Shown here: positions 9,529 through 17,813 of the stretch, piece by piece
Layout of the letters: every line of letters begins with the position of its first letter
How positions within the stretch are numbered: the first letter of the stretch is position 1
Assembly: GCA_046293555.1 (NCBI GenBank)
Contig: JBKBOT010000012.1
Coordinates: forward strand, 1 to 44,245
DNA length: 44,245 nucleotides
Source of the DNA: Pyrobaculum sp.
Lineage (GTDB): Archaea > Thermoproteota > Thermoprotei > Thermoproteales > Thermoproteaceae
Reading direction: 5' to 3'
The notes under the pieces: model-generated
What the model was told of the DNA's origin: nothing
Seen by the model: only the letters and a program-made list of their open reading frames with translations
The model's database searches: none
Translations under genes and position numbers: made by a program

Positions 9529-9629
9529 GACGTAGACATCTCCCAGATATATATCCATGGCGGCATGTCAACACGCCGCATTCTATGTCAAGCGAGGCTT
9601 AGTTTATATATTGTCTCAATGGGGGAAAT

Positions 9630-10346
9630 GTGGGCCTTCGGAGCGGCATCGACCCTCTTGATGCGTACTTGCCAGAAGGTCTTCCGGAAGGGTTTGTGGT
9701 GTTAATTGAAGGGCCTTTGGGCGTGGGGAAGACCTTATACAACATGGCGGCCTCTGCGGCAAGACAAGGCGCGCCGGTGTTATTCTTCCCTATTGACGCC
9801 TTTACAGACGAAGTTCTCGAAGAGCTAGAGAGGCGGGGGGCCCCTCTGGGGAGAGTGGTGGCGATAGACGGCTTTATTGCTCCCAGCGAGCGTTACGTCA
9901 AGTTGAAACCCGCCGTTAGACATAAGCTCGACGCTCCAGATGCCCACACGTTGATGAACAAACTCGTGGAGTTTTCTGACGACTTTAAAAAGGGGGTCGT
10001 TATTGTCGACTCGCTTAACGAGGTGATTATGAGAAGCCCGGGGTCCGCGCTGGAGGTCTTTAGGGCTTTTAAGATCTTTGCTAAATACACCAACTCCATA
10101 ATTGTGGCGACAATACATACAGACATGGAGGAGTTACGTAATGTGGTTGCCGTCATAAGACATCTCGTCGACATAGTGATAGAGCTTGAGGTTGACCCCA
10201 ACCTCGAGAAAATGGGGCTATATATGAGGAGGATGAGAGTTGTGAGAGCCAGGAGGATGCGGGTGCCACACGACTGGATACACTACGAGACAACAGACGG
10301 CAGGGTGGTAGAAGTAGATATAAAAACGATAAAAATCATAATTTAG
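9630..10346 (+). CDS. KaiC/RAD55-like RecA-superfamily ATPase, single domain
   Basis: SGIDPLDAYLPEGLPEG, Walker A GPLGVGKT, Walker B VIVDS, HLVDIVIEL and RRMRVVRAR. Confidence 0.85.
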   Translation: MGLRSGIDPLDAYLPEGLPEGFVVLIEGPLGVGKTLYNMAASAARQGAPVLFFPIDAFTDEVLEELERRGAPLGRVVAIDGFIAPSERYVKLKPAVRHKLDAPDAHTLMNKLVEFSDDFKKGVVIVDSLNEVIMRSPGSALEVFRAFKIFAKYTNSIIVATIHTDMEELRNVVAVIRHLVDIVIELEVDPNLEKMGLYMRRMRVVRARRMRVPHDWIHYETTDGRVVEVDIKTIKIII

Positions 10347-10359
10347 CAGATCGCAACTA

Positions 10360-10980
10360 ATGCGTCTCCTCATTGTTGCCGACATTCACGACGCTTTGGA
10401 CAACGTGAGGTCAATAGACGGCGTTTACGATGCCGTAATAGCCGCTGGAGATTTTACGTACAAAAGCCTGGAGGCAGCCGTAAGGGCGTTAAAGACGTTA
10501 GCCCACATAGCGCCGGTTTACTTTGTCCCCGGCAATTGGGACCCGCCGCAGCTGGCTGGCTACCAGGAGGGAGGCATATATCCGCTACACGGGAGGGTGG
10601 TCCAACTGGGGCCATATCGCGTGGGCGGCGTCGGGGGGAGTCTCCCCACGCCTTTTGACGATATGTTCCGTCTGTCGGAAGGGGAGATAGAGGGCTTGTT
10701 GGCCCGCCTGGCCCCCACGCCGCATATATTGGTGACACATATCCCCCCGCGAGGCTATTTAGACAAAGTGGGGAGGGTGAGACCTGTGGGGAGTCTCGCA
10801 GTGAGAAGATACATAGAGTCTAAACAGCCTCTACTCTCAATACACGGCCACATCCACGAGGACTGGGGGGTAGACGTCTTGGGGGAGACCGTGGTGGTTA
10901 ACCCAGGGCCCTTGGCCTTTGGGCAATATGCGGAAGCTGTAATTGGGGCTAAAGTGGAGGTTCAGATCAAACATGTTTGA
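10360..10980 (+). CDS. Calcineurin-like metallophosphoesterase
   Basis: ADIH, AGD, PGNWD, VTHIPP, HGHIHE and VVNPG motifs. Confidence 0.93.
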   Translation: MRLLIVADIHDALDNVRSIDGVYDAVIAAGDFTYKSLEAAVRALKTLAHIAPVYFVPGNWDPPQLAGYQEGGIYPLHGRVVQLGPYRVGGVGGSLPTPFDDMFRLSEGEIEGLLARLAPTPHILVTHIPPRGYLDKVGRVRPVGSLAVRRYIESKQPLLSIHGHIHEDWGVDVLGETVVVNPGPLAFGQYAEAVIGAKVEVQIKHV

Positions 10981-11343
10981 CGTACTGTACCCCTGGCTCT
11001 TATGGATAGGCGTTGGGGCCTCCCTCTTGTTTTTCGCCGTGGGGCTGGGGGCCTACAGGAGGGCCGTTTTATCTCACGGCTAGAGGGACAGATCCCCCTA
11101 GCTGTGCGGCTCAGACTCTGCCGCCGCCGGCATGAGCCTAAAAGAGATATTTACAATATTGGCAGGGCTGGGGCTCTCCCCGATAGATTCAGACGTGTCC
11201 TCTCTTAGCGAGAGGGGAGGTCTTACGGTAGAGGAGGCGTTGTGGCGTGTCGCCGAGGGGGTCCCCTCGCCGAATTTCAAGAGGTTTGTACTTATCGTCA
11301 CGGAGGCCGCCCGCTCTGGCGCCAGACTCCCAGAGGTGTTAAA
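10973..11343 (+). pseudogene. Frameshifted, truncated type IV pilus membrane platform protein (TadB/TadC/ArlJ-like)
   Basis: Pieces in three frames: MFDVLYPWLLWIGVGASLLFFAVG / RFISRLEGQIPLAVRL / DSAAAGMSLKEIF...GLTVEEALWRVAEGVPSPNFKRFVLIVTEAARSGARLPEVL (T2SS-F pattern). Confidence 0.75.
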
Positions 11344-11877
11344 TATTGGGACAAATATATGTATTACCTCCAGCGCGACCTTTTGGGCTACGGGAAGCTG
11401 GACCCAATGATGCGCGATCCCTACATAGAGGACATACATGTAGACAGCCCCGGCCACGTGTATATCTGGCACAGCAGATGGGAGTCCCTCAAGACAGATG
11501 TGACCCTTGCCGTAGAGGAGAGGACTATGTACAACGTATCTCAGTCCTCGTGGGGAAGACCATCTCTTACGCCAACCCCATTTTAGTTGCCAGAAGGATT
11601 CTGTATAGAGCTGGCCATACCTCCTGTCTCCTCCAAAGGCCCCTCTTTTGTCATCAGGAGGTATTTCGTACTGCCGTTAACGCTCATAGGTCTAGCCAAA
11701 ATGGGCACTATATCTCCAGAGGCGGTGGCCTACCTCTGGCTTATGTTAGATTACGGCCGTAATATAGTCATAGTGGGGCCTACAGGCGCCGGGAAGACCT
11801 CCCTTCTAAACGCCCTGCTTTATTTAATAAGGCCGGGCGCCAAGATTTTAACTATTGAAGACACCAGAGAGATAATA
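11340..11877 (+). pseudogene. Fragment of VirB11/TadA/ArlI-like type IV pilus assembly ATPase
   Basis: YYLQRDLLGYGKLDPMMRDPYIEDI / YVQRISVLVGKTISYANPIL / LPEG...GPSFVIRR...GPTGAGKTSLLNAL...TIEDTREI across three frames; the Walker B and His-box half is missing. Confidence 0.85.
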
Positions 11878-12378
11878 ATTGACGTCGTGCAGACTGAAAC
11901 TTGTCTCGACGAGGCGGCCGGCGGGTTGTATAAAGGGGTGTTGACGGCAGTAGTAGGCCCCATGGGGGCTGGAAAGACGTCATTTATGTTAAGGCTAGCC
12001 TCTTCTCTCAAAAAGCTGGGTAGAGAGGCGGCAATTATAGACGTCGGGGGCACTGGCGCCATCTATGCCGCGAGATATGGGGTGAGGTGGATTGGCGTAG
12101 ATCTAAACCTGGAGGAGTTAATGTGGAATATACACAAGCTGACAAACGAGGGGGTTGAGGCAGTGTTTATACGTGGGCTAGACCTCATCTCTACGCTTTA
12201 CGGCAGACATACGTTAATCACCACGTTGAGGATTTTAGGCAAAATGGCGAGAAGGGGCATCGCCGTTGTGACCTCCCTTAGAGATATCCAGAATGTAGAC
12301 ATACTTTTCGACGTGGTGGTTCAAGTGAATAAGGACAAGATAGAGGCGATTAGATCTCCCGTAGGGAGGGGCGGTTGA
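11878..12378 (+). pseudogene. C-terminal RecA/KaiC-like domain joined in frame to the ATPase remnant (ORF 11587-12378)
   Basis: LDEAAGGLYKGVLTAVVGPMGAGKTSF...AVFIRGLD...FDVVVQV; no start of its own. Confidence 0.65.
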
Positions 12379-12412
12379 GGTAAAATGTTAATTTTTCTAC
12401 CCCCCACATCTT

Positions 12413-13141
12413 GTGTTTACCTACTCGCTCAAATGTGACGTGGAGAAAGCCAGAGAGGCGCTGGGGGGTAACTACGCCGTGGTGGAGCTGGGAGGTGTGG
12501 TGAGAGTTGTAGATAATTTTGTCTCTCTCTACCATAGAGACCTGCCGCTTTGTGTATATAAAAGCTGGAGGATGACATATACAGACATCTCCCAGTTTGG
12601 CATAACGCGGGCAGAGGTCTTGTTGAGAGATAGGGCGATAATACGGCTGTTAAGAGCTGACGAGAGGGCAAACCTCCCCGAGGCCGTGGAGGGGGCGCCC
12701 TTTGTGGTACACGCCATGGATGTAAACGAGGGGGGCGTCATGTATAGAGTCTTCAGGATGGGGGGATATGTGGAGCTGGCGGCCAGAGGCGTGGCTGGAG
12801 GCGTGAGGGAGGCCTTTCACCCAAAGCGGGGGGTAAACGTGCTTGTAGTAGACATCCCGGCCACCCCGCGGTTTCGACATATGTTCCAAGAGGTCTTCGA
12901 GCTGGCTCGGGAGCATTTTGTAGAGCTACACACCACCATGATTTCAGACGTCTGCCCGCTCTGTGGGAGGCGTATGGAGAAGAGGGGGAGGCTGGTGTGG
13001 TGTCCACAGTGTAAAATCCAGCTAAGTAGAGACGTCAATGCGGTGTGGACATTAGTGCGAAACATCGTGAGGAGGCTGGGGAGGGGGCAGCAGCTGGCGG
13101 AACTACGGGAGATCTTTAGGCTTCACTACCCCAACGTCTAA
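12413..13141 (+). CDS. Compact TnpB (IS200/IS605 OrfB)-derived RuvC/Zn-ribbon protein, 242 aa
   Basis: VHAMDVNE (RuvC-I-like), VLVVDIP (RuvC-II position), SDVCPLCG...WCPQC Zn ribbon and SRDVNA (RuvC-III); no tnpA or IS ends seen. Confidence 0.75.
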   Translation: MFTYSLKCDVEKAREALGGNYAVVELGGVVRVVDNFVSLYHRDLPLCVYKSWRMTYTDISQFGITRAEVLLRDRAIIRLLRADERANLPEAVEGAPFVVHAMDVNEGGVMYRVFRMGGYVELAARGVAGGVREAFHPKRGVNVLVVDIPATPRFRHMFQEVFELAREHFVELHTTMISDVCPLCGRRMEKRGRLVWCPQCKIQLSRDVNAVWTLVRNIVRRLGRGQQLAELREIFRLHYPNV

Positions 13142-13170
13142 AATTTTTAAAAGGGGAAAATGGGTGAGAT

Positions 13171-13464
13171 GTGTCTGAATTTAGGACTCCGGGAGAGGGG
13201 GAGGTGTTGGGCAAGGTGTTAGAAATGTTGGGAGACGGCAGGTTTAAAGTCATCTGCGCAGACGGCGAGATACGAGTGGCGCGTCTACCCGGCAGGCTGC
13301 GAAGGAGGCTGTGGCTCAAGACGGGGGATTACGTAATTGTGGCATTATGGGAGTTTGAAAAAGACAAGGGGGACATAGTCCACAAATACGAGAAGAAAGA
13401 CGTAGAGGAGTTAAAACGCCGTGGTTACGCCGAGGCGGTGGAAAACCTGGAGAGATATGTGTGA
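13171..13464 (+). CDS. eif1a: Translation initiation factor aIF-1A
   Basis: GEVLGKVLEMLGDGRFKVICADG...RLPGRLRRRLWLKTGDYVIVALW...KGDIVHKY; TATA-like TTTTTAAAA upstream. Confidence 0.96.
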   Translation: MSEFRTPGEGEVLGKVLEMLGDGRFKVICADGEIRVARLPGRLRRRLWLKTGDYVIVALWEFEKDKGDIVHKYEKKDVEELKRRGYAEAVENLERYV

Positions 13465-13511
13465 CGACGAGTTGGAGTGCTGACTAGTGACGAGAGGCGG
13501 CATGCCGAGAT
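13458..13511 (+). ncRNA. C/D box 2'-O-methylation guide sRNA
   Basis: C GTGACGA (13461-67), 12-nt guide, D' CTGA (13480-83), C' GTGACGA (13487-93), 11-nt guide, D CCGA (13505-08): canonical archaeal spacing. Confidence 0.85.
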
Positions 13512-13940
13512 TCCCCCGTGGGGGTTGACCAAATCTTAGGCCTCCTCAAGGTGATACACGCCCTGGGGGGCCGTGTAGATGTGATGCATATAAACGAGGC
13601 CATCGACGTGGATTTGAGGGAGCTCTCCCACGTGATAGACGTGGCGGAGGCTCTGGGCTTTGTGAGGCACTCCGGCGGCGACGTCGAGCTAACTGAGGGG
13701 GGAGGAGGGCTGTGAAGATGCCCCTGCGGTACCTCCAGCTGGCGTTAAAAGCCAAGATGTTGGCTATAGAGCCCTTCGCCCAGCTTGTAGACCACCTAAA
13801 GAGGGTGGGTGAAGCCAGGCTGGAGGAGGTGTTGCAATACGTCGCAAGTCTTGGCTACATGGAGGAGGGGGCTAGAAAGATCACTGGGCTGTCTTCGCAC
13901 AGCTGGTGGAGATAGATGACGACGTGGTTAAACTCTCCTA
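13502..13940 (+). pseudogene. Frameshifted stand-alone AAA-associated (NitT/TauT ABC ATPase C-terminal, wHTH-like) domain gene
   Basis: MPRFP / VGVDQILGLLKVIHALGGRVDV...AEALGFV...GDVELTEGG / VKMPLRYLQ...IEPF / WAVFAQLVEIDDDVVKLS*; needs three frameshifts. Confidence 0.7.
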
Positions 13941-14285
13941 GATAGAGAAAAAGGTCAAATCCGGCACATGTGTGGAACGCGCTGTTAGACATTGAAAGAT
14001 AGAAAGGCCAAAATCATTGTGGTTAGATACAGACAAAACCTCCACGTCGCATGGAGGCCAGACATATATGCCGCACAGGATGGACTTCAGAAACCTCTCT
14101 GGCGACAACATTACATTCAGACGGCCAAAGATGGCGGTAGTCAAGGCACAGAGCGCAGGAGGGCAGCCAAGACAATTATAAGACAACTATGAGGCTCCGT
14201 CTAAAATTACAAAAGACTTCCAGTAAACACAACAAAAGCCATTCTATAGACTCAGTCCTTAATATATAGACACTTTTTTCTCCAC

Positions 14286-15581
14286 ATGTTCAAGTTGTTG
14301 TATGTAGTCACGGCCGTGGCGGTAATGTTGTTCGCACTGGTTGTGTACAACGTCTTGGAGTACAACAAGCTGAGTGACGCATACAACGCCTTGGCGGCGC
14401 AGTACAACGACCTGGTAAGCAGATACAACGACCTAAACGCAGCACACGCCAAGCTGGTCAATGAATACAACGAGCTGGAGGGTAGGTACAACAGCCTGGA
14501 GGCTGATTACAACCAACTACGTGGGGAGTATAGACAGCTGTACGACAGCCACACCGCCCTCCAGAACTCATACCGCCAGCTGGACGCAGCCTACGGCAAG
14601 CTCAAAAGAGAACACGAGGCGGCGGTCAACGAGTTGGCCAGACTGCGGAGTGACTACCGCACCCTCTCAGAGAGATATGCCAAGCTGCAGAGCGATTACT
14701 ATTCTCTTTCCGAGAGATATGCCAAGCTGGATAGTGACTACAGTTCTCTCTCCAAGAGATATATAGCTCTCGAACGGGATTATTACAACTTAAGGATGAA
14801 ATACATAGCCCTATGGAATAACTACACAATTCTCAGAGATATATATAACTCCCTATCGAGTCAGTACCCCATATGGAGGCAATATAACACAGTTATTTCT
14901 AGCTACAAACAGTGGTGGGAGTGGTACCTTACATTCATCAGCTGGGATCTCTCCATACCTAGAACGCTGAATGAAAGTGAAATCAGAAATCTCGTCCCTC
15001 TGGTCCGCAATTTGACAAATCCAAACGACGACTGGGGCAGCCTACTGGCCTTATACCGCTATGTGGTAGACAACATAGCATACGCTCACGACATCCCGAT
15101 GCCAATCGCCCCAAGGGTCGCCGAGCTCGAGTCTGGATATATTTCCTACATTCTTAGAGACGACTACGCCCAGTCTCCCAACATGACATTGACGTTGAGA
15201 CAGGGCGACTGTGATGACATGGCCATATTGCTATATGCTATGATTAAGGCATACGACTGGTACATACTGGGCAAAGACCACGACCTGTGGTTCATGTATG
15301 TGAAGTTTGAAGACAGCGCCCACCTGGCGCTGGCGTTCCCGTCAGGCAAAAACCCGACAAGACTGACGATACTGGACCCCGCCGGACAGTACTACACCGG
15401 CATGCCAGACGAGCTCGCCGCCAGAGATCCGCTGGACGAACTACTGCGGTATAAAGAGTACTGGGCCCAAGACGGCCACAAGATTGTGTACATCGCCATC
15501 TATGAGGTACGCGGCGGAGAAGCAGTATTGTTAGTAGATGGAAATATCGACAAGGTGGCGGACTATATCAGAAACCACTAG
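14286..15581 (+). CDS. Membrane-anchored coiled-coil protein with C-terminal transglutaminase-like (Cys-His-Asp) domain
   Basis: N-terminal TM helix, about 180 aa of YxxL heptads, then YRYVVDNIAYAHD, QSPNMTL..RQGDCDDMAIL, SAHLALA and ILDP; several N-x-S/T sequons. Confidence 0.88.
   Translation: MFKLLYVVTAVAVMLFALVVYNVLEYNKLSDAYNALAAQYNDLVSRYNDLNAAHAKLVNEYNELEGRYNSLEADYNQLRGEYRQLYDSHTALQNSYRQLDAAYGKLKREHEAAVNELARLRSDYRTLSERYAKLQSDYYSLSERYAKLDSDYSSLSKRYIALERDYYNLRMKYIALWNNYTILRDIYNSLSSQYPIWRQYNTVISSYKQWWEWYLTFISWDLSIPRTLNESEIRNLVPLVRNLTNPNDDWGSLLALYRYVVDNIAYAHDIPMPIAPRVAELESGYISYILRDDYAQSPNMTLTLRQGDCDDMAILLYAMIKAYDWYILGKDHDLWFMYVKFEDSAHLALAFPSGKNPTRLTILDPAGQYYTGMPDELAARDPLDELLRYKEYWAQDGHKIVYIAIYEVRGGEAVLLVDGNIDKVADYIRNH
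14649..14774 (+). repeat. Three imperfect 42-bp (14-aa) tandem repeats inside the coiled coil
   Basis: SDYRTLSERYAKLQ / SDYYSLSERYAKLD / SDYSSLSKRYIALE; gagagatatgccaagctg is identical in units 1 and 2. Confidence 0.85.
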
Positions 15582-15919
15582 CTTTATCTTCAAGTCACGT
15601 TTTTTATACACTCCACGATGTCCCCTCGATCTTGTGCAGTGAGTAGTGACTCTAACCACGCCCCCGCTTCAACTGCGTAATCATTAGAGGTATTTAACTG
15701 TTTCAATTCGCCAGTCCTCTGTCAGAAGTGGCGACCTTTTCGGCGGGTTTGGGCTGAGACATAGGCCCAACCTAAGCCTGACCTGACGGCAATATGGCCA
15801 TAAGTGCCGTCGTTCACAAGACTGTTTAAAGTCCACTAGATGTGTGCCGTCTGACCTCAGGCTGTTCTAAAGCCCCTCTCACGGACCTGGGGCTTAAAGT
15901 CCAGGGAGTTTTAGCCATA

Positions 15920-16018
15920 CTAGACGTAGGCATATAGTAGGTCGAGATATTTCTCGAGTGGCAGGTCTATAGCCGCGTCTGCCACAATTTTGGCCGCCCC
16001 CGTGTTTAGTGCCACATC
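15920..16018 (-). pseudogene. Possible gene remnant (DVALNTGAAKIVADAAIDLPLEKYLDLLYAYV*)
   Basis: Protein-like stretch with no credible start, followed by in-frame stops. Confidence 0.3.
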
Positions 16019-16417
16019 CTGTCGGCACCGCTTCGTCTACAGAGTGAGGAACTACCACCATGGTGTGAATAGTAGTAAGGTTGTCATGACACATGGCTAG
16101 CCCGCCTCGAGGCTTCCCGCAGTGGGGGGAGAGGTCATCCAGTCTGGCTCTACTGTAGGCAACCTGTCTGACGGCTTGTTGCATACCGCCAGAGGGCCTT
16201 CTCGAGGCCAGAGGCCGTCAACATGGCAGCGCCACGGGTCACAGACTGCAGGTGTCGAGCCTCTCTGTTTTTTGGCATGTCCTAGCGTGGACCGCCGCCG
16301 TGGGGGGTCAGGTGGCGGCGAGGTTACTACGGCGTCGACAACCCCATGTCGCCACCCCAGTAAATTCAGCTCTCGGCAAACTCCTCACAGGTCAGAGAGG
16401 TTCCCACACATCACGTC

Positions 16418-17098
16418 TTATCTAAGGGCCTTCTTTATATTTTCCACGTCGTCTGTAGCCACGCCGTCGACGCCTAGACTCCACAGCTCTCTGGCCTTTT
16501 CGGGCTGGTTTACAGTCCAGGCCACCACATATAGGCCGAGCCTATGTGTAAAAGCTATAGATCTAGCCGTGACGAGCCTAAAGTGAGGTAACACAAAGTG
16601 ACAGCCTAGCCTCTTGGCGTCTGCCACTCTGCCGGGAGGCTGGGCGTAAATTAAGCCCTTATATATCTCTACTCTCTCCAAGGCGGCGTCGTGAAAGCTT
16701 ATTACCGCCGCCCATCTCTCTGCCCCCACCTCTTTAATTACTTCCAACACTGTGTCGACATCTAGGGGGTTTTTCACCTCTATAAAGACGCCCGCCCTGC
16801 CGCCTATTGTCTCTAGGGCTTCTTTAAGTGTGGCCACTCTGTATTTACCCCTCTGTATCTTCTTGACTTCACTCCAGGTGGATCTCCTCACGTCAACCGC
16901 AACGCCGAAGGTCCTCTCTAGCGTCTCGTCGTGGCTTAATACCACCACGCCGTCGGCTGTGGTCTGTACGTCTACCTCCACCACCTCTGCGCCGTGCCTC
17001 AAGGCGGCTGTTATGGAGTCGAGGGTGTTTTCTAGCTCCAGCCGTGGGTACCCCCTGTGGCCTACCACAGCCCTGCGTTTAAAAAACTCGACGACCAC
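16418..17098 (-). CDS. Glycerophosphodiester phosphodiesterase
   Basis: VGHRG, ENT, VEVDVQTTADG, HD, IEVK, ISF, WTVN and GVATD; start placed at GTG 17098. Confidence 0.93.
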   Translation of the reverse strand: MVVEFFKRRAVVGHRGYPRLELENTLDSITAALRHGAEVVEVDVQTTADGVVVLSHDETLERTFGVAVDVRRSTWSEVKKIQRGKYRVATLKEALETIGGRAGVFIEVKNPLDVDTVLEVIKEVGAERWAAVISFHDAALERVEIYKGLIYAQPPGRVADAKRLGCHFVLPHFRLVTARSIAFTHRLGLYVVAWTVNQPEKARELWSLGVDGVATDDVENIKKALR

Positions 17099-17813
17099 AG
17101 ACCGGACAGCCCTCGTTGCGCATAAGGGAGATGGTGTCAAAAGACATGTGTTTTAGGTCTATGACGAGCAGCCTCCCCGCCAGCTTTGGGGACCCCAGCG
17201 CCAGGTTGAAAACCTCCAGCGCCATTAGCGACGCCACGATGCCAACCGCCGGGCCCAACACCGGACAGACGCCGGCGGCGCACGTGGGGAGAGATTTAAA
17301 CCTGCCAAATAGATCCTCCAGGCAGGGGGTCTCCCCCGGCACCACCGTGGTGACGTGACCATACCACTCCTGCACGGCGCCGTGGACAAGCGGCTTACCT
17401 GCAGCCACGGCGGACTTGTTGACCACATGTCTACCTGCCCAGTTGTCTAGAGCATCTACGGCGATGTCTACCTTCCTCAACACCTCAGCCGCCAGGCCGG
17501 GGCTTAAAGGCTCGGAGAGGGCCTCTACCTCCACCTCGGGGTTTACGGCCTTTAGTATTCTCGCCGCAACCTCCGCCTTGGGTTTCCCCACGTCTTCTGT
17601 GGTGTATAAAATCTGGCGGTGGATATCCGGAAGGGAGACCGTGTCGAAATCTACTAACGCCAACCTCCTGAAGCCCCCGCCAGCTATATATCTGGCCGCC
17701 AGCGTGCCAAGACCCCCGACGCCGAAGATGGCCACGGAGGTTTTAGAAATCCTTTCCTGACCCTCGGCGCCTATGACCAATATCTGCCTACTATAGCGGT
17801 CAAAAATCCTCAT
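17079..17813 (-). CDS. ThiF/MoeB/HesA family E1-like adenylyltransferase
   Basis: RYSRQI, GVGGLG, VDFDTV, HRQILY, GKPKA, DALDN, TPCLEDL, GPAVG and C-terminal CPVC. Confidence 0.95.
   Translation of the reverse strand: MRIFDRYSRQILVIGAEGQERISKTSVAIFGVGGLGTLAARYIAGGGFRRLALVDFDTVSLPDIHRQILYTTEDVGKPKAEVAARILKAVNPEVEVEALSEPLSPGLAAEVLRKVDIAVDALDNWAGRHVVNKSAVAAGKPLVHGAVQEWYGHVTTVVPGETPCLEDLFGRFKSLPTCAAGVCPVLGPAVGIVASLMALEVFNLALGSPKLAGRLLVIDLKHMSFDTISLMRNEGCPVCGRRVF

Noticed and set aside
9560-9581. Hairpin GCGGCGTG-TTGA-CATGCCGC (minus strand), which also matches 9 nt of the C/D sRNA D guide
   Set aside because: No K-turn or box motifs, and a 9-nt GC-rich match is plausible by chance in 88 kb of both strands.
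12380-13170. Active IS605/IS200 element around the TnpB-like gene
   Set aside because: No tnpA, no subterminal hairpins, and the protein is far shorter than functional TnpB.
15894-16586. ORFs 15894-16184 (-) and 16122-16586 (+)
   Set aside because: Atypical composition, no motifs, no TATA in position; the second overlaps the GDPD gene antisense.
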